A stretch of DNA of 62,871 nt, the filler included. It is 6 parts of 6 records of this genome, joined end to end, with 100 filler letters (N's around TTAATTAATTAA, not from the genome) between each part and the next. Parts side by side here need not be neighbours in the genome. Positions count along the whole stretch, not along the records: positions 22,546 to 36,723 come from SRR20825010_2625; positions 36,824 to 45,354 come from SRR20825010_2635; 4 more parts are not named here. One strand, 5' to 3'. Shown piece by piece: positions 30,225 to 40,001 of the stretch. Position 1 is the first letter of the stretch; each line of letters begins with the position of its first letter. The notes under the pieces were generated by a model, which saw nothing but the letters and a program-made list of their open reading frames with translations, made no database searches and was not told the DNA's origin. The position numbers and the translations under genes were made by a program.

Positions 30225-31574
30225 CTAATACCGGCTGCCAAAACCACCAACAAACACTGCCAACAGCATCAATTTATAACACAACCAACTTAGCGCCCGG
30301 GCCTTGAAAGGCCGCCGGGCATGATCATGTGGCAGCACTTGCCGCCCGCCCTGCGCAATGGCCTGCAACAATTCTTTTTTCAACTGGCCCGCGAATTCCC
30401 GGTTGTGAACAATCACATTGGCCTCGCGGGCAAACAGGCTGCTCAAGGGGTCCAGGTTCGATGAACCAACGGTTGCCCAATTCGAATCAATGACCGCAAC
30501 TTTGGCATGTAAAAAACCGGGGAGGTACTCATACACTTCCACCCCCGGTTCCAGCAAACTGGAATACAGGTATTGCGTTGCGTAGTGCTGGAAACGGTAT
30601 TCAACCCGCCCTTGCAACAGCAACTTCACCACCACGCCACGTTTGCGTGCAGCAACAATGGCATTGCGCATTTTACGGCCAGGCAGGAAATAGGCATTGG
30701 CCAGTATCACCGTACTGTGAGCACGCCCAAGGGCCTGCAAATACGCGCGTTCAATGCGGCGGCGCAAGCGAAAATTGTCACGCACCGCCAACTGAACCTT
30801 CACCTTGCCTGTAGCAGCAGGCAAAGCCTGCGCGCGGTGCTGCGCTAGCATGTCGCGGTATTGGGCAATACGCCTTTTCCACCAGTCGGAATTGAAGGTG
30901 TCGGTCACCTTGCCACCTGGGCCAATTTGTAACCACAACCATTCCATGCTGTGCCAAATGTCATGCACCACAGGGCCTTGCAGGGCCACCGCGAAATCAT
31001 ATCGCGGACCAAGGTCCTGATCCAGAAGATCCATGTTCACTTGTAAATCCCTTGCGCTCAATGCGCCCGATTTACCAAATGAAAACTGCACTGGTTTTTC
31101 CACACGGGCATTGGCCCGCAGTAATTCTTTGCGTTCATTTTCGTGGTTCATGTCATCAATCAGATTGATGCCACCCACAAAAGCGGTGTGCCCGTCGACT
31201 GCAATCATCTTGCGGTGCATGCGCCGCAAACGCCTTGGGCTGGGTTTGAACACAAAGCCTTCCGGACGAAACACCCGTACTTTCACACCGTGTTGTTTCA
31301 GGCGGGGCACCCAGGTTTGAATTCCCTCGGTGCTACCGAAGCCGTCCAGCACCAAACGCACGATCACGCCCCGTGCAGCCGCATTGCACATGGCTTCACA
31401 AAAGGCCTCGCCAACCGAATCATTGGCGAAGATGTACGTTTCAATGCGCACTTCCTGTTTGGCTTGTTCAATGGCTTGCAAGGCCTTGGGGAACAGGTCC
31501 ACACCCCCCACCAGCAACTGGACTGAATTGCCATCGCGCTCCGGTGCAGGGGGTGGCAACATGCTCAAGGCCAT
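30225..31574 (-). CDS. clsB: Cardiolipin synthase B-like phospholipase D
   Basis: Two HKD motifs (HRKMIAVD, HAKVAVID); follows a YbhP-like gene. Confidence 0.88.
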   Translation of the reverse strand: MALSMLPPPAPERDGNSVQLLVGGVDLFPKALQAIEQAKQEVRIETYIFANDSVGEAFCEAMCNAAARGVIVRLVLDGFGSTEGIQTWVPRLKQHGVKVRVFRPEGFVFKPSPRRLRRMHRKMIAVDGHTAFVGGINLIDDMNHENERKELLRANARVEKPVQFSFGKSGALSARDLQVNMDLLDQDLGPRYDFAVALQGPVVHDIWHSMEWLWLQIGPGGKVTDTFNSDWWKRRIAQYRDMLAQHRAQALPAATGKVKVQLAVRDNFRLRRRIERAYLQALGRAHSTVILANAYFLPGRKMRNAIVAARKRGVVVKLLLQGRVEYRFQHYATQYLYSSLLEPGVEVYEYLPGFLHAKVAVIDSNWATVGSSNLDPLSSLFAREANVIVHNREFAGQLKKELLQAIAQGGRQVLPHDHARRPFKARALSWLCYKLMLLAVFVGGFGSRY

Positions 31575-32359
31575 GCATACTCCAGGTCCACCACAAAAGG
31601 CGCATGGTCAGACAACTTGGCCCAGGCGCCGCCGTGCAACACCGATGCTTCATGCACCTTGAAGCCGCGTGCGAACACCCGGTCCAGACCCAAAAACGGG
31701 AAGCGACTGGGAAAGCTGCCCACGCGCGCAAGTCGGTTGCTTTTGTCCAGCGGCATCACTTCGACCGCATTCAACCCCTGCTGCAAAATCGGGCCCAGCC
31801 TGCGTTGCCAATCATTGAAATCGCCCGCGACCACCAAAGGTGTACCTGCGGGCACATGGCTGGCCACATGTTCAATCAATTTGGTGGTTTGACGAATGCG
31901 GCTTCGGTACAGCAAACCAAAATGCGCCACCATGGCATGCACGGGGCCGGCCGGTGTTTTCAAACAACAGTGCAACAGACCGCGCTGTTCCAGCCGGTGA
32001 TCGGACACATCCTGATTCAGCATCCATTCAATTTCGTAGCGCGACAACAAAGCGTTGCCGTGGTGCCCGTGCGAATACACGGCATTCATGCCGTAAGCGG
32101 TAAAGTATTGCTGGCTGGCGTGGCCCAACAGGTCGTCAATCGCGGAAGGGGTTTGGGCCAGAAATTCATGCTGCCCACCCTCGGGCCAGTGTTCAAACTT
32201 GCTGGCGTGTTTGTCGTGGCGACCCTGCACTTCCTGCAGGAACACCAAATCAGCATTCAAGGCATGGATTTGATCGCGCAAGGCGTGAATAGTCAACGCC
32301 GGTTTGCGAAGGCCCATGACCCCCTTGTGGATGTTGTAGGTTGCGATTCGAAGTCGCAT
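31565..32359 (-). CDS. Endonuclease/exonuclease/phosphatase family protein (YbhP-like)
   Basis: TYNIHKG, LQEV, GNALLS, AGDFND, LDR, SDH. Confidence 0.92.
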   Translation of the reverse strand: MRLRIATYNIHKGVMGLRKPALTIHALRDQIHALNADLVFLQEVQGRHDKHASKFEHWPEGGQHEFLAQTPSAIDDLLGHASQQYFTAYGMNAVYSHGHHGNALLSRYEIEWMLNQDVSDHRLEQRGLLHCCLKTPAGPVHAMVAHFGLLYRSRIRQTTKLIEHVASHVPAGTPLVVAGDFNDWQRRLGPILQQGLNAVEVMPLDKSNRLARVGSFPSRFPFLGLDRVFARGFKVHEASVLHGGAWAKLSDHAPFVVDLEYAWP

Positions 32360-32531
32360 TACATGCAATACATAGAAAATTTACCGGTAATTTACCAAGT
32401 CAATTCAAAACCTGTCACAAGGACAGGGTATTGAAGCCGGATCAGGGCTCCCCCTAAACTAAGAGCGTATATTTTCAAAACCACATACGCAGTTTAAAAC
32501 CGTTTCTGGCAGCAGCTATACACCGTATATG

Positions 32532-32558
32532 AAAAAAGGGGCCCAAGGGGCCCCTTTG
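32532..32558 (-). terminator. Intrinsic terminator after nudB
   Basis: AAAAAAGGGGCCC-AAG-GGGCCCCTTT. Confidence 0.8.
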
Positions 32559-32564
32559 TATTTG

Positions 32565-33062
32565 TCAGGCAAGCATGTTTGCCAACGTTAGTATGGCCTG
32601 CGCATTGTTGGGTGAAAAACACCTTGCAGCAGCCTGCTGTGCATCCAGCCACGCGTAAGCCACATGTTCATTGGCGGCAAGCCGGGGTTTGAAATCGGCG
32701 GGCACACACACCATGAACCAGTGTTCGGTGTTGTGGGTCACGCCTTGCGGGTAGCGGTGGCGCCAATGCTCGAAAATTTCGTACTGCAAACTGTGGGGCC
32801 AGGGGCGTAACAGGCCGGGTTGCAACAATTCGCCGGGTGCGGCATCAATCACGGTGGGGGAATTTGTGGGCGTGGCCTTGAAACCGGTTTCTTCCTGCAG
32901 CTCACGAACAGCCGCTTGCAGGGGCGATTCTTCCGGGAAATCAAGGCTGCCCGTTACCGATTGCCAATAGCCAGCTTTGTCGGCCCGCTCAATCAATAAA
33001 AAATCCCCACGCGGGCTGACCATTACGACCAACACCGACACGGGGATTTTGTTGCTGCTCAA
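32565..33062 (-). CDS. nudB: Dihydroneopterin triphosphate diphosphatase
   Basis: KIPVSVLVV, WQSVTGS, Nudix box, YEIF..WRHRY, NTEH; downstream of aspS. Confidence 0.92.
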   Translation of the reverse strand: MSSNKIPVSVLVVMVSPRGDFLLIERADKAGYWQSVTGSLDFPEESPLQAAVRELQEETGFKATPTNSPTVIDAAPGELLQPGLLRPWPHSLQYEIFEHWRHRYPQGVTHNTEHWFMVCVPADFKPRLAANEHVAYAWLDAQQAAARCFSPNNAQAILTLANMLA

Positions 33063-33070
33063 AACGTTTT

Positions 33071-34876
33071 TTACACCACGTTTTTGGGCTCGGCCTGACG
33101 CACACGAATATGCAGTTCACGCAACTGCTTTTCGTCCACGGGGCTTGGTGCCTGGGTCAGCAGGCACTGGGCACGCTGGGTTTTCGGGAAAGCGATTACA
33201 TCGCGAATGCTTTCGGCACCGCTCATCATGGTCACAATACGATCCAGGCCAAAGGCCAAACCACCATGGGGTGGTGCGCCATACTGCAAGGCATCCAGCA
33301 GGAAACCAAACTTGGCTGCCGCTTCTTCTTCAGAAATATTCAAGGCGCGGAACACTTTGCTTTGAACCTTTTCCTTGTGAATACGCACCGAACCACCACC
33401 CAGTTCCCAACCGTTCAACACCATGTCGTAGGCCTTGGCAATGCACTTGCCGGGGTCTGTGGTCAGGTAGTCTTCGTGGCCGTCTTTCGGGCTGGTGAAG
33501 GGGTGGTGGCAGGCCACCCAGCGGCCGGCTTCTTCGTCCAGTTCAAACATGGGGAAGTCGATCACCCACAGGGGTTCCCACTGGCCTTGTACCAAACCGG
33601 CCTTCTGGCCAAATTCGCTGTGACCAATCTTCAGGCGCAAGGCACCGATTGCGTCGTTCACAACCTTGGCTTTGTCGGCACCGAAGAACAGAATATCGCC
33701 ATCGGCCGCACCACTGCGCTTGAGCAGTTCATTCAATGCTGCATCGTGAATGTTTTTCACGATGGGCGACTGCAGGCCATCGCGGCCCTTGGCCAGTTCA
33801 TTGACCTTGATCCAGGCCAGGCCCTTGGCACCATAAATGCCAACAAACTTGGTGTAGTTGTCAATTTCCGAACGTGGAATTTCAGCACCACCGGGCACAC
33901 GCAAAGCGACCACGCGGCCATTGTCCATGTTGGCAGGGCCGGAGAACACTTTGAAATCAACATCTTTCATGATGTCGGTCAACTCGGTGAATTCCATTTT
34001 CACGCGCAGATCGGGCTTGTCTGAACCAAAACGGGCCATGGCCTCGCTGTAGGGCATCACGGGGAACGGGTTCTGCAATTCCGCATCCATGGTCTGCTTG
34101 AACACCTTGCGGATCATGTCTTCGAACAGGTCACGAATTTCCTGCTCGCCCAGGAACGAGGTTTCAATGTCCACCTGGGTGAATTCGGGCTGGCGATCAG
34201 CTCGCAGGTCTTCGTCGCGGAAGCATTTGGTGATTTGGTAGTAACGGTCGTAACCCGCCACCATCAGCATTTGCTTGAACAACTGGGGCGATTGCGGCAG
34301 GGCGAAAAACTCGCCGGAATGCACACGTGAGGGCACCAGGTAATCGCGCGCACCTTCGGGTGTGCTTTTGGTCAACATGGGTGTTTCAATGTCGACAAAA
34401 CCTTGCGCATCCAGGTGCGTGCGAATGGCCATGGCCACTTTGTAGCGCAGCATCAGGTTTTTCTGCATTTGCGGGCGGCGCAAATCGAGCACACGGTGGG
34501 TCAGGCGCGTGGTTTCAGACAAATTTTCATCGTCCAGCTGGAACGGGGGCGTTACAGACGCATTCAGGATTTCAAGGCCCTTGCACAACACTTCCACAGC
34601 ACCGCTTTTCAGGTTGCTGTTTTCTGTACCTGCCGGGCGCGCGCGCACCAGGCCTTCCACGCGAACACAGAATTCATTGCGCAGGGTTTCAGCGGTGGCA
34701 AACACATCAGCGAGATCGGGATCGCACACCACCTGCACCAGGCCTTCGCGGTCGCGCAGATCAATAAAAATTACCCCGCCGTGGTCGCGGCGACGCTGTA
34801 CCCAGCCGCACAGGGCAATGGTTTGGCCCAAATAAGCCTGTGACACATTGCCACAATAATCAGTACGCATTTTCAT
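33071..34876 (-). CDS. aspS: Aspartate--tRNA ligase
   Basis: [45 protein letters not shown]. Confidence 0.99.
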   Translation of the reverse strand: MKMRTDYCGNVSQAYLGQTIALCGWVQRRRDHGGVIFIDLRDREGLVQVVCDPDLADVFATAETLRNEFCVRVEGLVRARPAGTENSNLKSGAVEVLCKGLEILNASVTPPFQLDDENLSETTRLTHRVLDLRRPQMQKNLMLRYKVAMAIRTHLDAQGFVDIETPMLTKSTPEGARDYLVPSRVHSGEFFALPQSPQLFKQMLMVAGYDRYYQITKCFRDEDLRADRQPEFTQVDIETSFLGEQEIRDLFEDMIRKVFKQTMDAELQNPFPVMPYSEAMARFGSDKPDLRVKMEFTELTDIMKDVDFKVFSGPANMDNGRVVALRVPGGAEIPRSEIDNYTKFVGIYGAKGLAWIKVNELAKGRDGLQSPIVKNIHDAALNELLKRSGAADGDILFFGADKAKVVNDAIGALRLKIGHSEFGQKAGLVQGQWEPLWVIDFPMFELDEEAGRWVACHHPFTSPKDGHEDYLTTDPGKCIAKAYDMVLNGWELGGGSVRIHKEKVQSKVFRALNISEEEAAAKFGFLLDALQYGAPPHGGLAFGLDRIVTMMSGAESIRDVIAFPKTQRAQCLLTQAPSPVDEKQLRELHIRVRQAEPKNVV

Positions 34877-34890
34877 GAATTTGGTCTTGT

Positions 34891-35523
34891 TTAATTAAGT
34901 TGAGTCGACACGTCTTCAGAGGGTGCAACCACCCCCAAAGACACAATGTACTTCAGCGCCTCTTCCACAGACAAACCGGACGGACGCAGTAATTTTTCGG
35001 GCACCATGATCACGTAACCCGAAGCCGGGCTTGGTGATGTGGGTACATAAACCGACACCAATACACCCTGATCTTGCAGATTGTCCAGCAACACCTGGGG
35101 TGGGGTTCCTGTCACAAAACCCAAGGCCCACACACCGGGGTGCGGATACGGCACCAAAACAGAACGAGTGAACGCTTTGCCGGAAGAACTTAACAGTGTG
35201 TCTGACACCTGCTTCACACTGTTGTACACAATCTTGAACAACGGGATTCTGGACAATACCCAGTCGCCAGCCTTGAAAAGCGAGGCACCAAAGTAATTCG
35301 CCGCCAACACACCCGTGCCAAACAGCACCACCAAAGTAAGAATAATACCCAGGCCCGGAATGTGAATGCCCAATAAAACCCGCGGATGCAGGGAATCGGG
35401 CAACAACATGAGTGTCTGGTCCATCAAACCAACGACCAAAACCAGCACCCAAAGCGTAATGGCCAAGGGCACCCAGATCAAGAGACCGGTAAGCAGGTAT
35501 TTTTTAACAAGTGCGGCGTTCAA
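34891..35523 (-). CDS. DUF502 domain membrane protein
   Basis: [36 protein letters not shown] start inferred from AAGGA. Confidence 0.9.
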   Translation of the reverse strand: MNAALVKKYLLTGLLIWVPLAITLWVLVLVVGLMDQTLMLLPDSLHPRVLLGIHIPGLGIILTLVVLFGTGVLAANYFGASLFKAGDWVLSRIPLFKIVYNSVKQVSDTLLSSSGKAFTRSVLVPYPHPGVWALGFVTGTPPQVLLDNLQDQGVLVSVYVPTSPSPASGYVIMVPEKLLRPSGLSVEEALKYIVSLGVVAPSEDVSTQLN

Positions 35524-35533
35524 CAATGATCCT

Positions 35534-35821
35534 TTAAGTGGCATCCGTACTGGGGGCCGGAGCAGCAGGAGCTGGTGCCGGTGCCGGTGCCGCGCTTGGG
35601 CTGCTGTCGGCTGCAGCCTTACCGCTACCGCCACTGTTGCCGCCACGGAAATCCGTGACATACCAACCCGAACCTTTCAACTGAAAACCAGCCGCGGTCA
35701 CTTGTTTGGCGAAACTGGCCTGCCCGCAAGCCGGACAACTGCTCAAAGGCGCGTCACTGAGTTTTTGCAAGACATCTTTCTCGAAACCACACGCTTCGCA
35801 ACGATACGCATAAATTGGCAT
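35534..35821 (-). CDS. FmdB family zinc-ribbon protein
   Basis: MPIYAYRCEACG...CPACG...GSGWYVTDF. Confidence 0.93.
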   Translation of the reverse strand: MPIYAYRCEACGFEKDVLQKLSDAPLSSCPACGQASFAKQVTAAGFQLKGSGWYVTDFRGGNSGGSGKAAADSSPSAAPAPAPAPAAPAPSTDAT

Positions 35822-36008
35822 TTCCGCTTTACTCACATATACAAACGAAAAACCCCCCATTATAAGATGGATGGCGCCATAACTCCAACACCCTGAATTT
35901 CAAAGACAAAAAAAGAGCGCATTCCTTTCGAAAAGCGCCCGGTGTGTCGGTGACACTGTACTACGCCGCCCCCTCTAGCAAAAAGGGCGGTTGGGGATCA
36001 ACAAGCTC

Positions 36009-36722
36009 TTAAGCGGCTTGGTATCCAGCCTCCTCACGCCCTTGTTCTTTCGCTTCCCAGCGGTTGGCCCGCTTGAATGTGCCCAGGTCATTGAACCGCA
36101 CGCCGTTGGCCTGCATTACTTCGTGGCCTTTCTTGGCTGTCATTTGGCGAATGTAGAACGGATCGCGCACTACAAAGTGGTGAATGCCGTGCGTGGAGCC
36201 AAAATTGAAGCAGAACAAGTGGGGAATGATGAACCACTTGCTGTTCAAGACTTGGCACTGTTGTACGAAATTGCCATCTTCAATGTCGCCGAAATAATGC
36301 ATGTTCGAGCTGATGAAGTTGATCGAGAATGAACGCAGCAGGTTGGGGGCAAATATCAGCACAGCCACTGTGTTGGCCGTGGCCACCAGTTCAGGCGTCA
36401 CAAATGCGGGCCAAGGCACGCTGTAACCCACTGCCCACGCTGCAGCCTCAACAGCCCAGTAAGCCACATAAGCGTGCCAGCCGGCGTAAAAGACCGTGGC
36501 CAAGGGGAAGTTGCCGATCGCGCCGCGCATCAGTGCCTTCAGGCGCAGGTGCTTGGGCACTTTCATGATGCGCAGCACCACTGAGATCTCCAGATCCAGC
36601 ATCATCAACAGGCGCAAGGGGGTAAAACGCTCGCCGTTGGTAATGGCACGTTCTTCCAGGTCGGTTTCCGTGCCGGAATGCTTGTGGTGGTGCAAGTGCA
36701 GGTGACGGCGCAACCAGGGGTT
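36009..36722 (-). CDS. Fatty acid desaturase, 5'-truncated
   Basis: HLHHH, MHY, HGIHH boxes; frame open to contig end. Confidence 0.88.
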   Translation of the reverse strand, partial: NPWLRRHLHLHHHKHSGTETDLEERAITNGERFTPLRLLMMLDLEISVVLRIMKVPKHLRLKALMRGAIGNFPLATVFYAGWHAYVAYWAVEAAAWAVGYSVPWPAFVTPELVATANTVAVLIFAPNLLRSFSINFISSNMHYFGDIEDGNFVQQCQVLNSKWFIIPHLFCFNFGSTHGIHHFVVRDPFYIRQMTAKKGHEVMQANGVRFNDLGTFKRANRWEAKEQGREEAGYQAA

Positions 36723-36723
36723 G

Positions 36724-36823
36724 NNNNNNNNNNNNNNNNNNNNNNNNNNNNNNNNNNNNNNNNNNNNTTAATTAATTAANNNNNNNNNNNNNNNNNNNNN
36801 NNNNNNNNNNNNNNNNNNNNNNN
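36724..36823. other. Artificial contig spacer
   Basis: N44-TTAATTAATTAA-N44. Confidence 0.99.
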
Positions 36824-36900
36824 GCAAAAAAGACCTTGTCCAAGAAATGGACTTGGAGCTGAAGGGCGGAGGCGACGCGAAGAGAGAAGGAACACTGGTA

Positions 36901-37719
36901 ATGGTTAGCAACTCGATTCTGACGAACCCGGAGGCTCTGGTCGCGCTCCGCAACCTTGAGCGTACCAACTCCCTCTTGGCGCAGACACAGGACCGAGTCT
37001 CGACAGGTCTGAAGGTGACTGGCGCCGAGGACGATGCTTCGAACTTTGCCATCGCGCAGGGGATCCGGGGAGATTTGCGGGCTTTGAGTGCTATTCAGCA
37101 GGGGCTGAATAATACCAAGGGTATCGCTCAGGTGGCGCTTGCGGGCACAACCTCGATTTCGGATCTGCTCGCGGATGTCAGACAAAAACTAACGGAGCTC
37201 TCGAACGAAGGTATTACATCGCAGCAGCGCAGTATTCTTCAGGATGACTTCAACGAATTGATCTCCCAGGCGCGCAACTTCGTTGCCAATGCGGTTTTCA
37301 ACGGTGTGAACGTTCTCGATACCTCGACTGCGGTGAATACGCTGTCGAACCTGAATAACGATACGATTACCCTGCGGGCACGTAACCTGTTGACCGACAT
37401 CAACTCGCTTGGTGGTGCTACCTTGGCGACAGCGACCAATGCGCAGAGCGTTTTGACCGAACAGTATTCAAACCTGGAATCAACGATCAACATCGCTCTC
37501 GGTCAACTTGGTGCCGATACCCGGGCTCTGAACTTCCAGACTGAATTTCTGACCTCGGTCAGTGACGCGACGGAGGAAGGTCTCGGAAACATCGTCGATG
37601 CCGATCTTGCTCGCGAGTCAGCACAGCTTACTGCTCTGCAGGTACGTCAGCAGCTTGGTGTCCAGGTTCTCGGTGTGGCCAACAATGCGCCGCAGGTCCT
37701 CCTGGGTCTGTTCCAGTAA
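36901..37719 (+). CDS. Flagellin (short, 272 aa, alphaproteobacterial type)
   Basis: SILTN..ALVAL, RVSTGLKV, VDADLARESAQLTALQVRQQLG, ANNAPQ. Confidence 0.96.
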   Translation: MVSNSILTNPEALVALRNLERTNSLLAQTQDRVSTGLKVTGAEDDASNFAIAQGIRGDLRALSAIQQGLNNTKGIAQVALAGTTSISDLLADVRQKLTELSNEGITSQQRSILQDDFNELISQARNFVANAVFNGVNVLDTSTAVNTLSNLNNDTITLRARNLLTDINSLGGATLATATNAQSVLTEQYSNLESTINIALGQLGADTRALNFQTEFLTSVSDATEEGLGNIVDADLARESAQLTALQVRQQLGVQVLGVANNAPQVLLGLFQ

Positions 37720-37752
37720 GTAACGGATCCATAGTTCTTGGAGGGCCGTAAA

Positions 37753-38127
37753 ATGCGTCAGGGTTATGCCGCATATTCGAATGTTCAGACCAAGACCGAA
37801 AGTCATCAGCAGATTGAGTATCGGTTGCTCGGGCAGGTGACGGCTGCGTTGCGGAAGGCACAGGAAGACACTGCTCCGTTGCAGGATAAGTTGAATGCAG
37901 CCTTATGGAATGGAAAGGTCTGGAATGCTTTCCTCTGTGATCTCTCTGAGCCGGGAAACCACCTGCCTGATCAGTTGAAGAAAAGTCTGATTCAGCTTGC
38001 CCACTGGGTTGCTCACGAAACGAAACTTGTCCTTGATGGCAAGGCGGAGCTCACGGCGATGATCAACGTGAACCGCCAGATCATGGAAGGTCTCCAGGAC
38101 CAGTTCCGTCTTGCTGAAGCCAGTTAA
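37753..38127 (+). CDS. flaF: Flagellar biosynthesis regulator FlaF
   Basis: IEYRLLGQVT, NHLPDQLKKSLIQL, INVNRQIMEGL. Confidence 0.92.
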   Translation: MRQGYAAYSNVQTKTESHQQIEYRLLGQVTAALRKAQEDTAPLQDKLNAALWNGKVWNAFLCDLSEPGNHLPDQLKKSLIQLAHWVAHETKLVLDGKAELTAMINVNRQIMEGLQDQFRLAEAS

Positions 38128-39869
38128 TGGCCCCTCTCAGCCCCTAAAATCCTGACCAGATGTGGAACTGCCTCGTCAATCAGGGCTGGCCAAGCACGGT
38201 CACCTGTTTTCACCAGACTGCACTCAGTTGGAAACCAGGGGTCTGCCCCAGCGCCGAAGAAAATAGCGCCACACTGGGAATGCAGGCCAATCGATGGTGT
38301 TCCCACGGCTCCTGCCATCATCAGAACGGATATGTTTGGTGATATGACCAGATCAAGGGCGGCAATAATTGCCGCTACCCGATCGAGTTCGTCTTTCTGA
38401 TCAATGCCCGGCGGGATGTCGAGCTGCAGATCTGTTAACGTCTGGATAGTCGTGATCTCGGACGCTGAAACATCGTACTGAAGACAGACGGGGAGGAAAT
38501 CAGCCGCCTTGAAAAATGGGGCGATATCCGCAAGTTCCGGGTAATTATGCCGCGCTCCAGCCCTTCGCATCCCGCTTCGCCAACTGAAGCCGACCGCAGG
38601 CCGCTCTCCATGTGCACGGAAACTGTCTTTCCAGCGCCTGACCTCGCTGATGTCAGGCTTCAGATAACCGGTATGCGAAGGAAAGCTTTGGAGGGAAGGG
38701 CGGACAAATGATTGCATGTCGGCAAGCATCATATACTGGCCAATGCCCTGTGCTTCGATAAGCGGAGCATATTGAGCTGTTGACGGGACGGTTTCTGACC
38801 GTTGGATTTTTTCGATCACGGTTACGTCTGGAAAAGACCGTGCGAAGAGGGGAAGCAGGCGTTTGTCTGATTCCAGAAAAACAGGGCCGTTGAAGCGTTT
38901 CTGTATGTCAGGGATGCAGGATACGAAACGGAGCTCGTCACCGATGCCTTGCTCATGACAGACCAGTAAGCCTGCTCCGTCCCTACAGGGGGCGCCGTCC
39001 CATTCCTTTGGCAGGCCTTGCCGTACAATCAGAATTTCAGGTTTCAGGTGGCGCCAGAAGTTACGGGCGTGCCCGCGTTCAATTTCGCCGGCGCTTAACA
39101 AGGCATCCGTCAGGCCGTGCTGCAATCCTATATTTTCTGGCTCGATCAGGCATGCTCGCGAGGCGTTTCGGACAGCATCCTGCATACGTCCGATCCTGCG
39201 CTCAGCCAGTTGCAGGTTGTTGAGTGCCTGTGGTGAGCTGGGAGCAAGGAGCAGGGATTTTCGGTAGGACAAAACTGCCTGGCTTGCCTTGTAGGCATCA
39301 AGCAGAGCCCTGGCTTCCTGAAAAAAATACTCCGGGGTTAGCGCTGATGTCTTGGCGAAGGAGTGCAGGGCCTCAAGCGCTTCCTCTGGTCGTTCCAGAT
39401 CATTGAGGGTTGCAATGTAAGACATTTTCCAGCCCTCTTCGTTGGGGCAGAGAGTCATTGCTTTTTCAAGTGATTGAAGAGCGGCGGCAGGATTACCGTC
39501 GAGCCGCTCCGTTTCTGCGATGTTTCGCCAGGCTTCAGGGTGATCCGGTGTTATTGCCAATGCGTGCCGCAACTGGCGGTGTGCACCTTCCGGATGATGT
39601 TCAGCCAAGAAAATACAGGCGAATCGATTGATGCAATTGGCATCATTAGGAATGAGCAGAAGTGCGCGCCTGAAGCAATCAGTGGCTTTTACCGTATCGC
39701 CAACCTGGAACAGTGCCAGCCCGTAAAAATGCCAAAACTGGCCTAAATGCTGCAATTGAGACGCGACGGACGTATAAATCTGCAATGCTTCTGGAATCCG
39801 CCCCGCGCTATGTTTGGCGAGTGCGTCCTGAAGCGTCTGGATCGCAGCTGATTGGGATTGAATAGGCAT
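38124..39869 (-). CDS. TPR plus GT-B glycosyltransferase-like protein (FlmG-like)
   Basis: N-terminal TPRs, then EQGIGDE, VGFSWRSG, LQY, LDLVIS..MAGAVG; start ATG 39869 or GTG 39884. Confidence 0.8.
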   Translation of the reverse strand: MPIQSQSAAIQTLQDALAKHSAGRIPEALQIYTSVASQLQHLGQFWHFYGLALFQVGDTVKATDCFRRALLLIPNDANCINRFACIFLAEHHPEGAHRQLRHALAITPDHPEAWRNIAETERLDGNPAAALQSLEKAMTLCPNEEGWKMSYIATLNDLERPEEALEALHSFAKTSALTPEYFFQEARALLDAYKASQAVLSYRKSLLLAPSSPQALNNLQLAERRIGRMQDAVRNASRACLIEPENIGLQHGLTDALLSAGEIERGHARNFWRHLKPEILIVRQGLPKEWDGAPCRDGAGLLVCHEQGIGDELRFVSCIPDIQKRFNGPVFLESDKRLLPLFARSFPDVTVIEKIQRSETVPSTAQYAPLIEAQGIGQYMMLADMQSFVRPSLQSFPSHTGYLKPDISEVRRWKDSFRAHGERPAVGFSWRSGMRRAGARHNYPELADIAPFFKAADFLPVCLQYDVSASEITTIQTLTDLQLDIPPGIDQKDELDRVAAIIAALDLVISPNISVLMMAGAVGTPSIGLHSQCGAIFFGAGADPWFPTECSLVKTGDRAWPALIDEAVPHLVRILGAERGH

Positions 39870-39934
39870 TTGCCGATGCTGCACTAACGCCGACGCATCG
39901 GAAAGCCTTTCTGGAAATTCTTAAAAATCAAAAC

Positions 39935-39950
39935 TGGCCCGGTTATTGCT
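39935..39950 (+). promoter_or_regulatory. Sigma-54 promoter of flgK
   Basis: TGGCCC-GGTTA-TTGCT with correct -24/-12 spacing. Confidence 0.8.
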
Positions 39951-40001
39951 TTCGTAGTTATGAGGCACTTTGCCTATGAGACTTCGGAGGTGATAGCCAC
40001 C

